From Candidatus Nomurabacteria bacterium (lineage in GTDB: Bacteria; Patescibacteriota; Minisyncoccia; Phycocordibacterales; UBA9973), in NCBI GenBank assembly GCA_943348755.1, contig CALQYS010000004.1:1-59099 (forward strand): a stretch of DNA of 59,099 bases, read 5' to 3'. Shown piece by piece: positions 45,687-54,891 of this stretch (the stretch's first letter is position 1; every line of letters begins with the position of its first letter). A program made the translations under genes and the position numbers. The notes under the pieces were generated by a model. That model was not told the origin of the DNA. It searched no databases and worked only from the letters and a program-made list of their open reading frames with translations.

Positions 45687-47189
45687 ATGACAATGTCTAA
45701 AGAAGTTAAGGATAATCAAAAAACCCAAGAAACTATAGTCAGATTTGAAAAGGTCTCATTTGAATGGGGCGTGAATAAACCCATTTTAGACAGTGTCAGC
45801 TTTACTGTTAGACGTGGGATGAAGTTCACTTTGATGGGTCAAAATGGGGCGGGCAAGAGTACTATTTTTGGGTTAATTTCTGGTACTAATAAACCCGAAT
45901 CTGGAACTATCAACGTTGTTCAAGGAGTTAGCATTGCTTCAGCAAGGCAGGTTATTCCGCGCGGAGAGCTTGATCTAACTGTACGAGAATTTTTCGAAAA
46001 ATGTTTTACCAAAAAGGTTTATGATATTGATCCACGTATCGATGATGTACTTGAGGTGGTCAATCTGAAAGGTCACACCAAGATACACGATAAAATAATG
46101 CGTACTTTTTCTGGCGGACAACAAGCTAGACTGCTTTTAGCCTCGGCGCTTATTCAAGACCCTGACCTTCTTCTTCTCGACGAGCCCACAAACAATTTGG
46201 ATAAAGCGGGTATCGCACATCTCACTAACTTTTTAATCAATTACAAGAAAACTGTCTTGGTTATTTCCCACGATGCGGAATTTTTGAATGCTTTTACTCA
46301 CGGAGTCCTTTATCTAGATGTATATACGAAAAAAATCGAACAATACGTGGGCAATTATTTTAATGTGGTCAAAGATATTACCGCTCGCGTCGAAAAAGAA
46401 AATATGAAGAATGCTCAGTTGCAGAAAGAAATACAGGCAAAGAAAGATCAGGCGAATGTGTTTGCTTATAAGGGTGGTGGTCTGCGCCTTGTCGCAAAAC
46501 GTATGCGCGAAAAAGCGGAAGAGCTCGAAGAGCAAATAGTGGAAGTCCGCAAAGAAGACCGTTCTATTAGACCTTTTACCATCCCGAGTCAGCCAGACTT
46601 GATAGGAGAGATCTTACATATCTCTTCTTTTGAAACTCTTAAAAATGGCAAACTGGTGAAGCATAAAGCAAAAATTTCTTTAAATAAAAATGAACATTTA
46701 TTACTTCAAGGTCCAAATGGAATAGGCAAGACGACTTTACTCGAAAGGCTTGCTTCCGGTCATGCCGAAGGTGAAAAGGTGAGAGAGGGAATACGTATTG
46801 GATATTACAGGCAGGATTTCTCTACGCTCAACTTTGACGATACCGTTTACCAATCTCTCTCTAGTGCGATGCTTGCAGGTGGCGAGAGGCTCGATGAAGA
46901 GAGGATGCGTTCTGTGGCAGCAGGATTCCTCATCACTGGGGAATTTATTCGTACCAGAATTGGTGACCTGTCAGAAGGGCAGAAGGGGCTAGTGGCTTTT
47001 GCAAGGCTTGTTCTCATAAAACCGGGGCTTCTCATTCTCGATGAGCCCACGAACCATATAAACTTCCGTCATCTACCTATCATCGCCGAAGCGTTAGATA
47101 AATATGCTGGCGCGATGATCCTCGTCTCCCACGTGCCTGAATTTGTTAAGCAGATTCGTATAGACGAGGTGCTGGATTTAGAAAAATAA
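45687..47189 (+). CDS. ABC-F family ATPase
   Basis: Two ABC domains (GQNGAGKS/FSGGQ/LDEPTNNLD; GPNGIGKT/LSEGQ/LDEPTNHIN), no TM segments. Confidence 0.92.
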   Translation: MTMSKEVKDNQKTQETIVRFEKVSFEWGVNKPILDSVSFTVRRGMKFTLMGQNGAGKSTIFGLISGTNKPESGTINVVQGVSIASARQVIPRGELDLTVREFFEKCFTKKVYDIDPRIDDVLEVVNLKGHTKIHDKIMRTFSGGQQARLLLASALIQDPDLLLLDEPTNNLDKAGIAHLTNFLINYKKTVLVISHDAEFLNAFTHGVLYLDVYTKKIEQYVGNYFNVVKDITARVEKENMKNAQLQKEIQAKKDQANVFAYKGGGLRLVAKRMREKAEELEEQIVEVRKEDRSIRPFTIPSQPDLIGEILHISSFETLKNGKLVKHKAKISLNKNEHLLLQGPNGIGKTTLLERLASGHAEGEKVREGIRIGYYRQDFSTLNFDDTVYQSLSSAMLAGGERLDEERMRSVAAGFLITGEFIRTRIGDLSEGQKGLVAFARLVLIKPGLLILDEPTNHINFRHLPIIAEALDKYAGAMILVSHVPEFVKQIRIDEVLDLEK

Positions 47190-47211
47190 AAAAACTTGCA
47201 CTAAAAGTTCA

Positions 47212-47247
47212 AAAACCGGCCAACTTTTTGTTTGTGTTGCCGGTTTT
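47212..47247. terminator. Probable terminator
   Basis: AAAACCGGC...GCCGGTTTT inverted repeat after the ABC-F gene. Confidence 0.65.
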
Positions 47248-47300
47248 CGTGAGAGTTGATCAGTACTCTCGGACTTTTACTCAAAGAACGTTGAGTGCGT

Positions 47301-47550
47301 TTAGCGGGAGATGGAAGCAATGAAGCCTACTCCACCGCCGATTGCAATAAGTATTCCCCAGATCAGAACTGCCTGGGTTACCCTGAATACTTTCAGAAAA
47401 TCACCCCCCTGCTTTTTCGGTCAGGTGGTCGATGTATGCCCTTGCTTGGCGGTTGCCAAGGTCAGACAATACCATCTGATACTTGTTGTAGGCGCCCAAG
47501 AGGGTAAGTAACACTCCAAGCGCAGTGACAGTGAAGAAGAATAGAGTCAT
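47301..47550 (-). pseudogene. Small two-TM membrane protein gene interrupted by a frameshift near a G6 tract
   Basis: MTLFFFTVTALGVLL...EKAGG* continues in another frame as DFLKVFRVTQAVLIWGILIAIGGGVGFIASISR*. Confidence 0.55.
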
Positions 47551-47766
47551 AGTCTCTCTTTCGTTTCTGCATTTTGCACGTCTTGGTCTTCCCGGTCTCC
47601 TCGAAAGGAGATAGAAGATTGTCCTGAGATGCACGCTGTTTTTTGTGTTACAGCGTTCTTTTAAGGTCTTAAAGAGGCTCCAAAAGAACACTGCAACTAA
47701 AATTAAAAGAACTTATGTATTCTTTTTACACTTCGTAACTATTTTTGTCAACATAGAAAATCACTC

Positions 47767-48441
47767 TTAAAAACTAATAGATTTCAAGAAAGTAGCCAAT
47801 TCTTCACCTTTTATTTCTCTCAGCCCACCCTTTTTAAGGGTGCCGAGCTTGATGTTCATTATTCTTTCGCGTTTCAGGTCGGCGACTTCTTGGAAGAGGG
47901 CGGAACACATACGGCGGATCTGGTGTTTCTTGCCTTCGGTTAATGTTATTCGGAAATTAAAATCATCTATAATCTTCACCTTACATTTTTTGGTTTGATA
48001 TCCTTCGATGTTTACCCCTGCTTCCATCTTTGATTTAAAACTGGAGCGAAGTTTGTTCAAGGTTCGTACCACATATTCTTTTTCGTGGGCAAATTTTGGA
48101 TTTAGAAGTTGATCCGTAATACGTCCGTCGTTGGTGACGATGAGGAGTCCATGAGAAGCCTTGTCGAGCCTGCCGAGAGGGAAGAGCCCTTTTTCTGGAG
48201 AGTCAGTTTCTATACCTACTGGCTTATTATAAGCATAGTATTTATATTCTTTCTTTTCTGCGCCTTTTACTTCCACTTTATCTTTTTCTGTGACTTTACT
48301 GCCGAGCACTGCCAATTTACCATTGATGAAAACTTTCTTATTTTTTACCAACTCATCAGCACCCCTCCGTGTAGAGATCTTTTTAAGCGCTAGGTATTTA
48401 TTTATACGCATCGGGAAGGAATTTCCCCCATTATCTTGCAT
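47767..48441 (-). CDS. RsuA/RluF-family pseudouridine synthase
   Basis: S4 domain, YNKPVG, GRLD, EKEY, EGKKHQIRRM. Confidence 0.93.
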   Translation of the reverse strand: MQDNGGNSFPMRINKYLALKKISTRRGADELVKNKKVFINGKLAVLGSKVTEKDKVEVKGAEKKEYKYYAYNKPVGIETDSPEKGLFPLGRLDKASHGLLIVTNDGRITDQLLNPKFAHEKEYVVRTLNKLRSSFKSKMEAGVNIEGYQTKKCKVKIIDDFNFRITLTEGKKHQIRRMCSALFQEVADLKRERIMNIKLGTLKKGGLREIKGEELATFLKSISF

Positions 48442-48449
48442 AAAATATT

Positions 48450-49484
48450 TTATGCGTGTCCGTGTTCCGTAGCAGGTAGTGTTTTCTTACCTGATAAGTT
48501 GCGGTGTAAATGCTTAGTTAAAAATATTAAGAATAGTATAAGATCAATTAAGATCAACCAACCAATTATATTTATCGGCAAGAAAGAACCAGATGATCCA
48601 ATAACACTTGCTCCAAGCGCAGATCCGACAGGTTCTATTACACTTGTATTAGTGACCTTTTCCTTACCCATATTTGTGTCGTCAGTTTTTTCTATGGTAT
48701 TACTTTGTATTGTGGCAGCTCTATTTGTGGTGAAGCTTAAGGTAACCCCGTTAATTTTAGAAGAAGAATTTTGTAATACCGCTCTGAAATAATAAGTGGT
48801 CCCGGGATCTAATCCAGTGATTGTGTTTATGTGTTTAGCAGAAGCTAGTGTCCCAAGGGGTATGATCGTTGTTGTATTTCCCAACGTTGGAACTGTGCCC
48901 CACTCAAACCAAGTAGTTCCCGGATTGTCTACCGAATTTGTTATGAGAGAGTTCAGCTTTGCGCTAGTGCTTCCGACTGACGTAGCTGGATTAGTCACAA
49001 TACTTGGGTTCGTGACGTTAACAGTTTCTGTATTATTTGTATTTACAACATTACCAAAATTAGTTCGAAATGAATTGGTGCTTCCGTAGACGATCCCTTG
49101 TGGGCTTTGTCCAACTGCACGGAAATAATAGATGGTGTTAGAACTTAAGTTTGCAACATTCGAACTAAAAACAGCATATCCCGAATTAGAATTAATATGT
49201 GCTGTAGAATATCCGAAATTAGTATTTACTCCATACTCAAACCAAGTCTCTACATTATAAGTACTATATAAATTGTTGCCATTTACTAAGCCGTTCAATG
49301 TTACTCCGGCACTGGTTATATTAGTTGCATTCGTCGTCGTGATATAGAGTGGAGTGTAGTTATAACCATAGTAATTGCTATTATAACCATAATAATACTG
49401 GGCATAACTAACAATAGGGGAACAAGCTAATAAAGTAGTTCCCACAAGGATTATTCCAGAAAGTTTGATTATTTTATTCATCAT
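48450..49484 (-). CDS. Surface protein with two fibronectin-III-like repeats and a C-terminal TM anchor
   Basis: WFEYG/WFEWG and L..NTIYYFRAV/L.PGTTYYFRAV repeats. Confidence 0.82.
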   Translation of the reverse strand: MMNKIIKLSGIILVGTTLLACSPIVSYAQYYYGYNSNYYGYNYTPLYITTTNATNITSAGVTLNGLVNGNNLYSTYNVETWFEYGVNTNFGYSTAHINSNSGYAVFSSNVANLSSNTIYYFRAVGQSPQGIVYGSTNSFRTNFGNVVNTNNTETVNVTNPSIVTNPATSVGSTSAKLNSLITNSVDNPGTTWFEWGTVPTLGNTTTIIPLGTLASAKHINTITGLDPGTTYYFRAVLQNSSSKINGVTLSFTTNRAATIQSNTIEKTDDTNMGKEKVTNTSVIEPVGSALGASVIGSSGSFLPINIIGWLILIDLILFLIFLTKHLHRNLSGKKTLPATEHGHA

Positions 49485-49523
49485 CCTTCTATTATATCAC
49501 TTTGGGAGATAAAAGTCAACTAG

Positions 49524-49595
49524 TGCTCTTGGCAGGAATCGAACCTGCATCGCCAGCTTCGCAGGCCAGCATTCTATCCATTAAACTACAAGAGC
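49524..49595 (-). tRNA. tRNA-Arg (anticodon GCG)
   Basis: Reverse complement: GCTCTTG...TAATGGATAGAAT, loop CTGCGAA, GGTTCGATTCC, CAAGAGCA. Confidence 0.92.
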
Positions 49596-49679
49596 AATTT
49601 CCCAGTTTTGCCCCGCAAGGCGAGTCAAAGTCGTGGATATATTTAGACTAGCAGTTTTCTATAAAAAACAAAAGTAAAA

Positions 49680-50153
49680 TTAAAATCCCAAAGACTCCAT
49701 TATCTTTTGAGATGCGTGCTCCTTCATTTCTTCTTCGGTGACGTTTTTCGAGAGCATAATAGAACGGATGTCTTCTGCTACAACGTAATCAATGGGTATT
49801 GATAAGATTGGCATGAATAATCTTTCTGCTTTTATAAAAAGCAACGGTTTTAATTCGGTTTCTCCGGTATTGTCTATTTGCACCCAGAAAGATTTTATAT
49901 TTTCATAAGGATAAAGTTGTTTCCTTATTTTTAATCCTTTACTATTTAGCTCGTAGAAAATTATTTCTGGTTTCTTAATTGCAAAAAATCCTAAAAGAAC
50001 TCCGCTTAACACCAGAAGAGCTCCAAAAAAATAATTTCCGTAAATGATTGCGGCCACAGAGCTAGTAACTACGATGATACCAAGTGCCCAGAACCAATCA
50101 GGGCTACGTTCTTTTTCTTCATACTCCAAAGCAGACCACTCGAGTTTCTCCAT
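49680..50153 (-). CDS. Hypothetical membrane protein
   Basis: LEWSALEYEEKERSPDWFW, two TM helices, YPYENIKSFW. Confidence 0.75.
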   Translation of the reverse strand: MEKLEWSALEYEEKERSPDWFWALGIIVVTSSVAAIIYGNYFFGALLVLSGVLLGFFAIKKPEIIFYELNSKGLKIRKQLYPYENIKSFWVQIDNTGETELKPLLFIKAERLFMPILSIPIDYVVAEDIRSIMLSKNVTEEEMKEHASQKIMESLGF

Positions 50154-50234
50154 ATGGTAATTTTACCATGTGATGGTGGATTTTAGCAAAGTGATATAAT
50201 ATACCTCTTAAAGAATTTTTCGATAAATATCAAA

Positions 50235-51668
50235 ATGAATGATCCACTGACATTTATTATTTTTGGAGCAACCGGAGATTTGTACCAAAACAAGCTTTCT
50301 GTAGCACTTTGGAATCTATTTTCGTTGGGTTTTTTGTCTACAGAATTTAGAGTGGTCGGATTTGCGCGCAGGCCTATGACGCACGGAGAATTCCAAAATT
50401 TTACCAGACATACGATTTTAAGAAAAACTAAAAATATAGATCAAAATAAGCTTGAAGATTTTCTTAAGTGTTTTACTTATATCCAAGGAGATCTGGAAAA
50501 TTTTCAAAGTTTTCAAAATTTGGGTCGAGAACTGATGGAGGAAGATGCGAGAATAGGATTTTGTACTAACAAACTTTTTTACCTTGCAGTGCCTCCTACT
50601 TTATATGCTTCTACATTTAAGAACATAGCTGGAGCGGGGCTAACCGTTCCTTGCGCTCCATCTGTAAAGTCTAGGGCGAATGCCTGGACACGTGTTTTGG
50701 TCGAAAAGCCATTTGGTAAAGATATTACAGAGGCCAAGCGACTTGATAAAATGCTTGGTGAGCTTTTTGAAGAATCACAGATATTTCGTATTGACCACTA
50801 TTTAGCCAAAGAAACTATGCAAAATCTTCTAACCTTTCGTTTTTCAAATGGAGTTTTTGAATCACTTTGGAATAATAAAAATATTGAACACGTTCGTATC
50901 ATTTTTCATGAAAAAAATGTGCCCGAAGACACTTTGGCAAAGCGCGGTGCCCTTTACGACGGAATCGGGGCGCTCAGGGATGTGGGGCAAAACCATATGC
51001 TACAAATGCTTGCTCTCATAGCCATGGAAAACCCAAAAATTATGAATGCAGAAAATATCCAAGATGCCCGCAGCAAAGTTTTAGAAAAGGTTTCTTTGCT
51101 TAATAAGTATAGCCTCTTGCGAGCTCAGTACAAAGGATATTTAAGTGAACCAAACATAAAAAATGATTCCACTACGGAGACATTTTTTAGAGTGATTTTG
51201 GGTATCAATAATAAAAGATGGCGAGGTGTTCCATTTGAAATGGAAAGCGGCAAAGCCTTAAACAAAGAAGAAATGTCGATCGAAGTGTTTTTTAAGAAAT
51301 CGTCCTTACCTTTGATGAAAGATTCTCATGCTGAGGGCAACCAGAATGTTTTAAAGTTTATAATTCAGCCAAACGAAGGTATAAAATTTAGATTTTGGTT
51401 TAAACGTCCTGGTTTTGATTTTACTCTTGTTCCACAAGAACTTTCTTTTAATTATTCAGATATTTTAATTTCTAATAACAAACCAGAAAAGTTACACGAT
51501 GCATATGAGAGGGTTCTTTATGATTGTATTTTAGGGGATCAAACTCTTTTTACAAATACTAAGGAAATAATGGCAGAGTGGAAATTGGTAACGGATATTA
51601 TAAAATTATGGCAGGAAATACCTTTGATTGTATACAAAAAAGGATCGGTTGCTGAAGATATAAAATAA
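50235..51668 (+). CDS. zwf: Glucose-6-phosphate dehydrogenase
   Basis: IFGATGDL, EKPFG, RIDHYLAKE, RDVGQNH, AYERVL. Confidence 0.95.
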   Translation: MNDPLTFIIFGATGDLYQNKLSVALWNLFSLGFLSTEFRVVGFARRPMTHGEFQNFTRHTILRKTKNIDQNKLEDFLKCFTYIQGDLENFQSFQNLGRELMEEDARIGFCTNKLFYLAVPPTLYASTFKNIAGAGLTVPCAPSVKSRANAWTRVLVEKPFGKDITEAKRLDKMLGELFEESQIFRIDHYLAKETMQNLLTFRFSNGVFESLWNNKNIEHVRIIFHEKNVPEDTLAKRGALYDGIGALRDVGQNHMLQMLALIAMENPKIMNAENIQDARSKVLEKVSLLNKYSLLRAQYKGYLSEPNIKNDSTTETFFRVILGINNKRWRGVPFEMESGKALNKEEMSIEVFFKKSSLPLMKDSHAEGNQNVLKFIIQPNEGIKFRFWFKRPGFDFTLVPQELSFNYSDILISNNKPEKLHDAYERVLYDCILGDQTLFTNTKEIMAEWKLVTDIIKLWQEIPLIVYKKGSVAEDIK

Positions 51669-51671
51669 ATT

Positions 51672-52604
51672 ATGAAAAAACAAATTGGTTATATTGGGCT
51701 TGGGAAAATGGGAAGGAATATGGTTTTGGGGTTGCTTCTTAAAAAATGGGGTATTGTTGCGTATAATAGGAATTTGGAAAAAGTAAAAGAGGTTGTCGAA
51801 CAAGGAGCAGTCGGCACATCCAGTATAAAAGAATTAGTTTCTAAACTTTCCGCTCCTAGGGTGGTGTGGGTGATGGTGTCACATCAGGCAGTGGGGGAGA
51901 TTATAGATGAATTGGCACCCTTACTTCATAAAGGAGATCTTATTATTGACGGCGGGAATTCACCGTATCAAGATTCAAGAAAAAGATCGAAAGAACTTTC
52001 GAAAAAGGGGATTGAATTTTTAGATATCGGTGTTTCTGGCGGTCCTGGAGGAGCGCTTCAGGGTGCTTGTATGATGGTAGGTGGTAAAAAGGAGTTATAT
52101 GAAAAGCTTAATAAAAGTGGATTTTTTGCTGACACCTGTGTAGAAAAAGGCTATGGCTATATGGGCGGTTCAGGGTCAGGCCACTTTGTGAAAATGGTTC
52201 ACAATGGTGTCGAATATGGGATGATGCAGTCTATTGCTGAAGGGTTTGACCTTATGCGTCATTCAAAAGAATTTGAATTGGATCTTTTAAAAGTTGCAGA
52301 TGTATATTCGCATGGAAGTGTTATTACATCTCGCCTGGTCTCTTGGATGCAAAATGGTTACAAAAAATATGGTAAAGATCTAAATGAAATTTCCGGTCGC
52401 GCTTCGGCGTCTGGCGAAGGCAAATGGACTGTGGAAGCAGGTAAAAGAGAGAACATATCTATGCCGGCCATTCAAGCTTCTCTCGATAGCAGAGCAGCAT
52501 CACAGAAAAAACCTTCTTATCAGGGGAAAGTAGTTTCCACTATGCGTGGTGAGTTTGGCGAGCATCCAGTGAAAAGAGGTGAAGATGAACCGGAGATTCT
52601 TTAA
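51672..52604 (+). CDS. gnd: 6-phosphogluconate dehydrogenase (short form)
   Basis: GLGKMG, IDGGNS, GVSGG, GHFVKMVHNGVEYG, SGEGKWT, MRGEFGEH. Confidence 0.95.
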   Translation: MKKQIGYIGLGKMGRNMVLGLLLKKWGIVAYNRNLEKVKEVVEQGAVGTSSIKELVSKLSAPRVVWVMVSHQAVGEIIDELAPLLHKGDLIIDGGNSPYQDSRKRSKELSKKGIEFLDIGVSGGPGGALQGACMMVGGKKELYEKLNKSGFFADTCVEKGYGYMGGSGSGHFVKMVHNGVEYGMMQSIAEGFDLMRHSKEFELDLLKVADVYSHGSVITSRLVSWMQNGYKKYGKDLNEISGRASASGEGKWTVEAGKRENISMPAIQASLDSRAASQKKPSYQGKVVSTMRGEFGEHPVKRGEDEPEIL

Positions 52605-52610
52605 TATACA

Positions 52611-52707
52611 AAAAATATTTCTATGGCAGACTTGCGCAGGCCGACTGGGCCGAGCACAGCAAAAATTCAGCAGAATTTTATGCGTGTCTGTCAGAGAAAT
52701 GATTTTT
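52611..52707. repeat. Intergenic palindromic element
   Basis: ATTTCT.TGGCAGAC ... GTCTGTCA.AGAAAT arms; inner AAAATTCAGCAGAATTTT resembles the inner hairpin of the uvrB element. Confidence 0.6.
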
Positions 52708-52723
52708 GGTATATTATGTATGT

Positions 52724-53353
52724 ATGAAAATTATAGACATATCGCTTCCTCTAAATAACCAGACTCCTGTGTACCCAGGCAATGTTTCGCTTTCCGTCAG
52801 TATTCATCATGCGATACCGGAACATGCAACCCAACTTTCCACTATTACTATGGGCTCTCACACAGGTACACACATAGATGCACCGGCTCATGCAGTGGCT
52901 GGTGCTATGACTCTTGATAAAATTCCTCTTGAAAATTTTATTGGGCCATGTAGAGTCTTTGATCTTTCAAAAGAGGACGATGAAGCTGTTACGAAAAAAA
53001 TGTTAGAAGACAAAAATGTAAAAAAGGGAGAACGAATCCTTTTAAAAACCAGAAATTCACTGCGTGGTCTTAAAGAATTTTATGATGATTATGTTTATTT
53101 AGATGGCGATGCGGCTGATTATCTGGCGGGTATCAGTGTGATGCTCGTCGGCATTGATGCTTTATCTATAAAAAAGAGGGGAGGTGATGATCATCGCCCG
53201 CATACCTCACTTCTTTCAAAGAATATTCCTATTATCGAAGGATTAAATCTTACCAACGTTTCCGAGGGGAGCTATGAGCTCTTTTGTCCACCCCTTAATT
53301 TTACCAACATAGATGGAGCGCCTACCCGAGCTGTGCTCATCCAACATGCGTAA
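52724..53353 (+). CDS. Cyclase/kynurenine formamidase-family metal hydrolase
   Basis: HTGTHIDAPAH, GIDALS, IIEGL, DGAPTRA; start reassigned to ATG 52724. Confidence 0.92.
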   Translation: MKIIDISLPLNNQTPVYPGNVSLSVSIHHAIPEHATQLSTITMGSHTGTHIDAPAHAVAGAMTLDKIPLENFIGPCRVFDLSKEDDEAVTKKMLEDKNVKKGERILLKTRNSLRGLKEFYDDYVYLDGDAADYLAGISVMLVGIDALSIKKRGGDDHRPHTSLLSKNIPIIEGLNLTNVSEGSYELFCPPLNFTNIDGAPTRAVLIQHA

Positions 53354-53951
53354 AAGTATTTTGATAAATTGGTTAGTTGAATTTGGTCCGCTGGTGACTT
53401 TTTTCACTTTACTTTTCATACTTGATCCAGTTGGCAAAAATCCAAAGGGATTTATTTTCTCCACTGGGGTATTTGTAGTTCTTACACTTATTGCAATTTT
53501 AGTGGGTTATATAAAGGATAAAAGTACAACCCTTTTTCCACTCATTGCCGCTCTGGCCATAGTGAGTTTTGGTACAGCCACAGTGATATTTAAAAACCCA
53601 ATGATATTTATCATCAAAGATACCGTCTATAACGGGCTTTTTAGTGTTTTTCTTTTTGGCGGAGTAATAATTTCTGGTAAAGGTTTCCTCAAACCGCTTT
53701 TTAGACCATTGTTTGATATGCAAGATAGGGGTTGGTACATTCTTTCAATACGCTGGGCGCTTATGTTTCTTATTCTGGCAGTTTTGAATGAAATAATTTG
53801 GCGTGGGGCGATCGACTGGTGGGTGCGTTACAAATTCCTCGCCACCCTTGCGACATTTATTTTTGGATTTTATCAATTCACTCTTGCGCGAAAATATAGG
53901 AACCCCTCTGCTTCTCCTTGGGGGATGAGGATAGATAACAAAAAAATCTAA
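53346..53951 (+). CDS. YciB/IspZ-family inner membrane protein
   Basis: EFGPLVTFF, FIIKDT, LNEIIWR...WVRYK. Confidence 0.85.
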   Translation: MRKSILINWLVEFGPLVTFFTLLFILDPVGKNPKGFIFSTGVFVVLTLIAILVGYIKDKSTTLFPLIAALAIVSFGTATVIFKNPMIFIIKDTVYNGLFSVFLFGGVIISGKGFLKPLFRPLFDMQDRGWYILSIRWALMFLILAVLNEIIWRGAIDWWVRYKFLATLATFIFGFYQFTLARKYRNPSASPWGMRIDNKKI

Positions 53952-54511
53952 TTTTCCTTTTTCTGTGATGCGACAAACTCAGATAAGTGAGTACCCACAA
54001 GGACTGCGTCTGCTCCACTTTTTATATCTGTCACAGTTTTAATATTACTGGCTTGGCACATCCATCCCCCGAATATTTTTCGTGCTTCTTCAAAAGTTTC
54101 CTTCTTTATTCCGCCATCCGATAAATCCCTACTGTTCCATACCACCTTCAGATTCTCGGGAATTTTTTTGAGTTCGGACAAGGTGGTAGGTTCTATTAGG
54201 CACTTGTCTTGATGAATATTTGGGATACGGCCAACTACAAGAACGTAGTCAGCTCCGGCATCAATGGCTTGCTGTACTTCTTTATCTGTCGCATGAATGC
54301 CTTTTGCCAAAATTGGTTTTTTGGTCAGAGATTTAGCTTTTTTAATTAAATCAAAGGAACCCGCCCAACGAGGGTCGGTATGAATAGAAATAATATCTCC
54401 AACTGTGTTTGCGATCTCAAAAAGCTCGTCCCAACTTTTGTCAGATCGAAACCCGAAAGGAGATCGTGTTTTCACTTCTGCGATTAATTGAATCTTCTTT
54501 AAAGTATTCAT
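53948..54511 (-). CDS. Short TrpC (indole-3-glycerol phosphate synthase)-like TIM-barrel protein
   Basis: IAEVKTRSP, ISIHTD, PILAK, AGADYVL, NSRDL, GADAVLVGT. Confidence 0.7.
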   Translation of the reverse strand: MNTLKKIQLIAEVKTRSPFGFRSDKSWDELFEIANTVGDIISIHTDPRWAGSFDLIKKAKSLTKKPILAKGIHATDKEVQQAIDAGADYVLVVGRIPNIHQDKCLIEPTTLSELKKIPENLKVVWNSRDLSDGGIKKETFEEARKIFGGWMCQASNIKTVTDIKSGADAVLVGTHLSEFVASQKKEN

Positions 54512-54539
54512 GGGTTAAATACCCAGTTTTTGGTTGGGC

Positions 54540-54866
54540 TTAAGACACCTCTTCTTCTTTTTCTGTTCTAATTAATTTTTTTACTACAATAAAGATCAAA
54601 AAGGCGAGGATCAGGAAGTTTATAAGCTCAGCCAAGAATGATCCGTAAGATATCGTTACTGGTCCAGCAGTAAAAACTGCCTCCTTCCAGGTCTCAGCCG
54701 ACATTAACGGCGTAAAAATAGGTAGGATAATATCCTTTACGAGAGAATTTACCAGGTTGGTGCTAGCTTGGCCCATGACGAAAGCAACAGCCAAAGACAC
54801 GACCTTGTATTCTCTCAAGAAAAATAGGAATTCCTTTAAAAAAGTTTTCTTAGTATCTTCCATCAT
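54540..54866 (-). CDS. mscL: Large-conductance mechanosensitive channel family
   Basis: VVSLAVAFVMG, LVNSLVKDIILP, YGSFLAELINFLI. Confidence 0.9.
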   Translation of the reverse strand: MMEDTKKTFLKEFLFFLREYKVVSLAVAFVMGQASTNLVNSLVKDIILPIFTPLMSAETWKEAVFTAGPVTISYGSFLAELINFLILAFLIFIVVKKLIRTEKEEEVS

Positions 54867-54891
54867 AAAATGATTTTACAAGGGAATTATA

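Noticed and set aside
47401..47409. TGA read-through (genetic code 25) as the explanation for the interrupted membrane gene
   Set aside because: Long conserved genes here contain no in-frame TGA and several end in TGA; the continuation is also in a different frame
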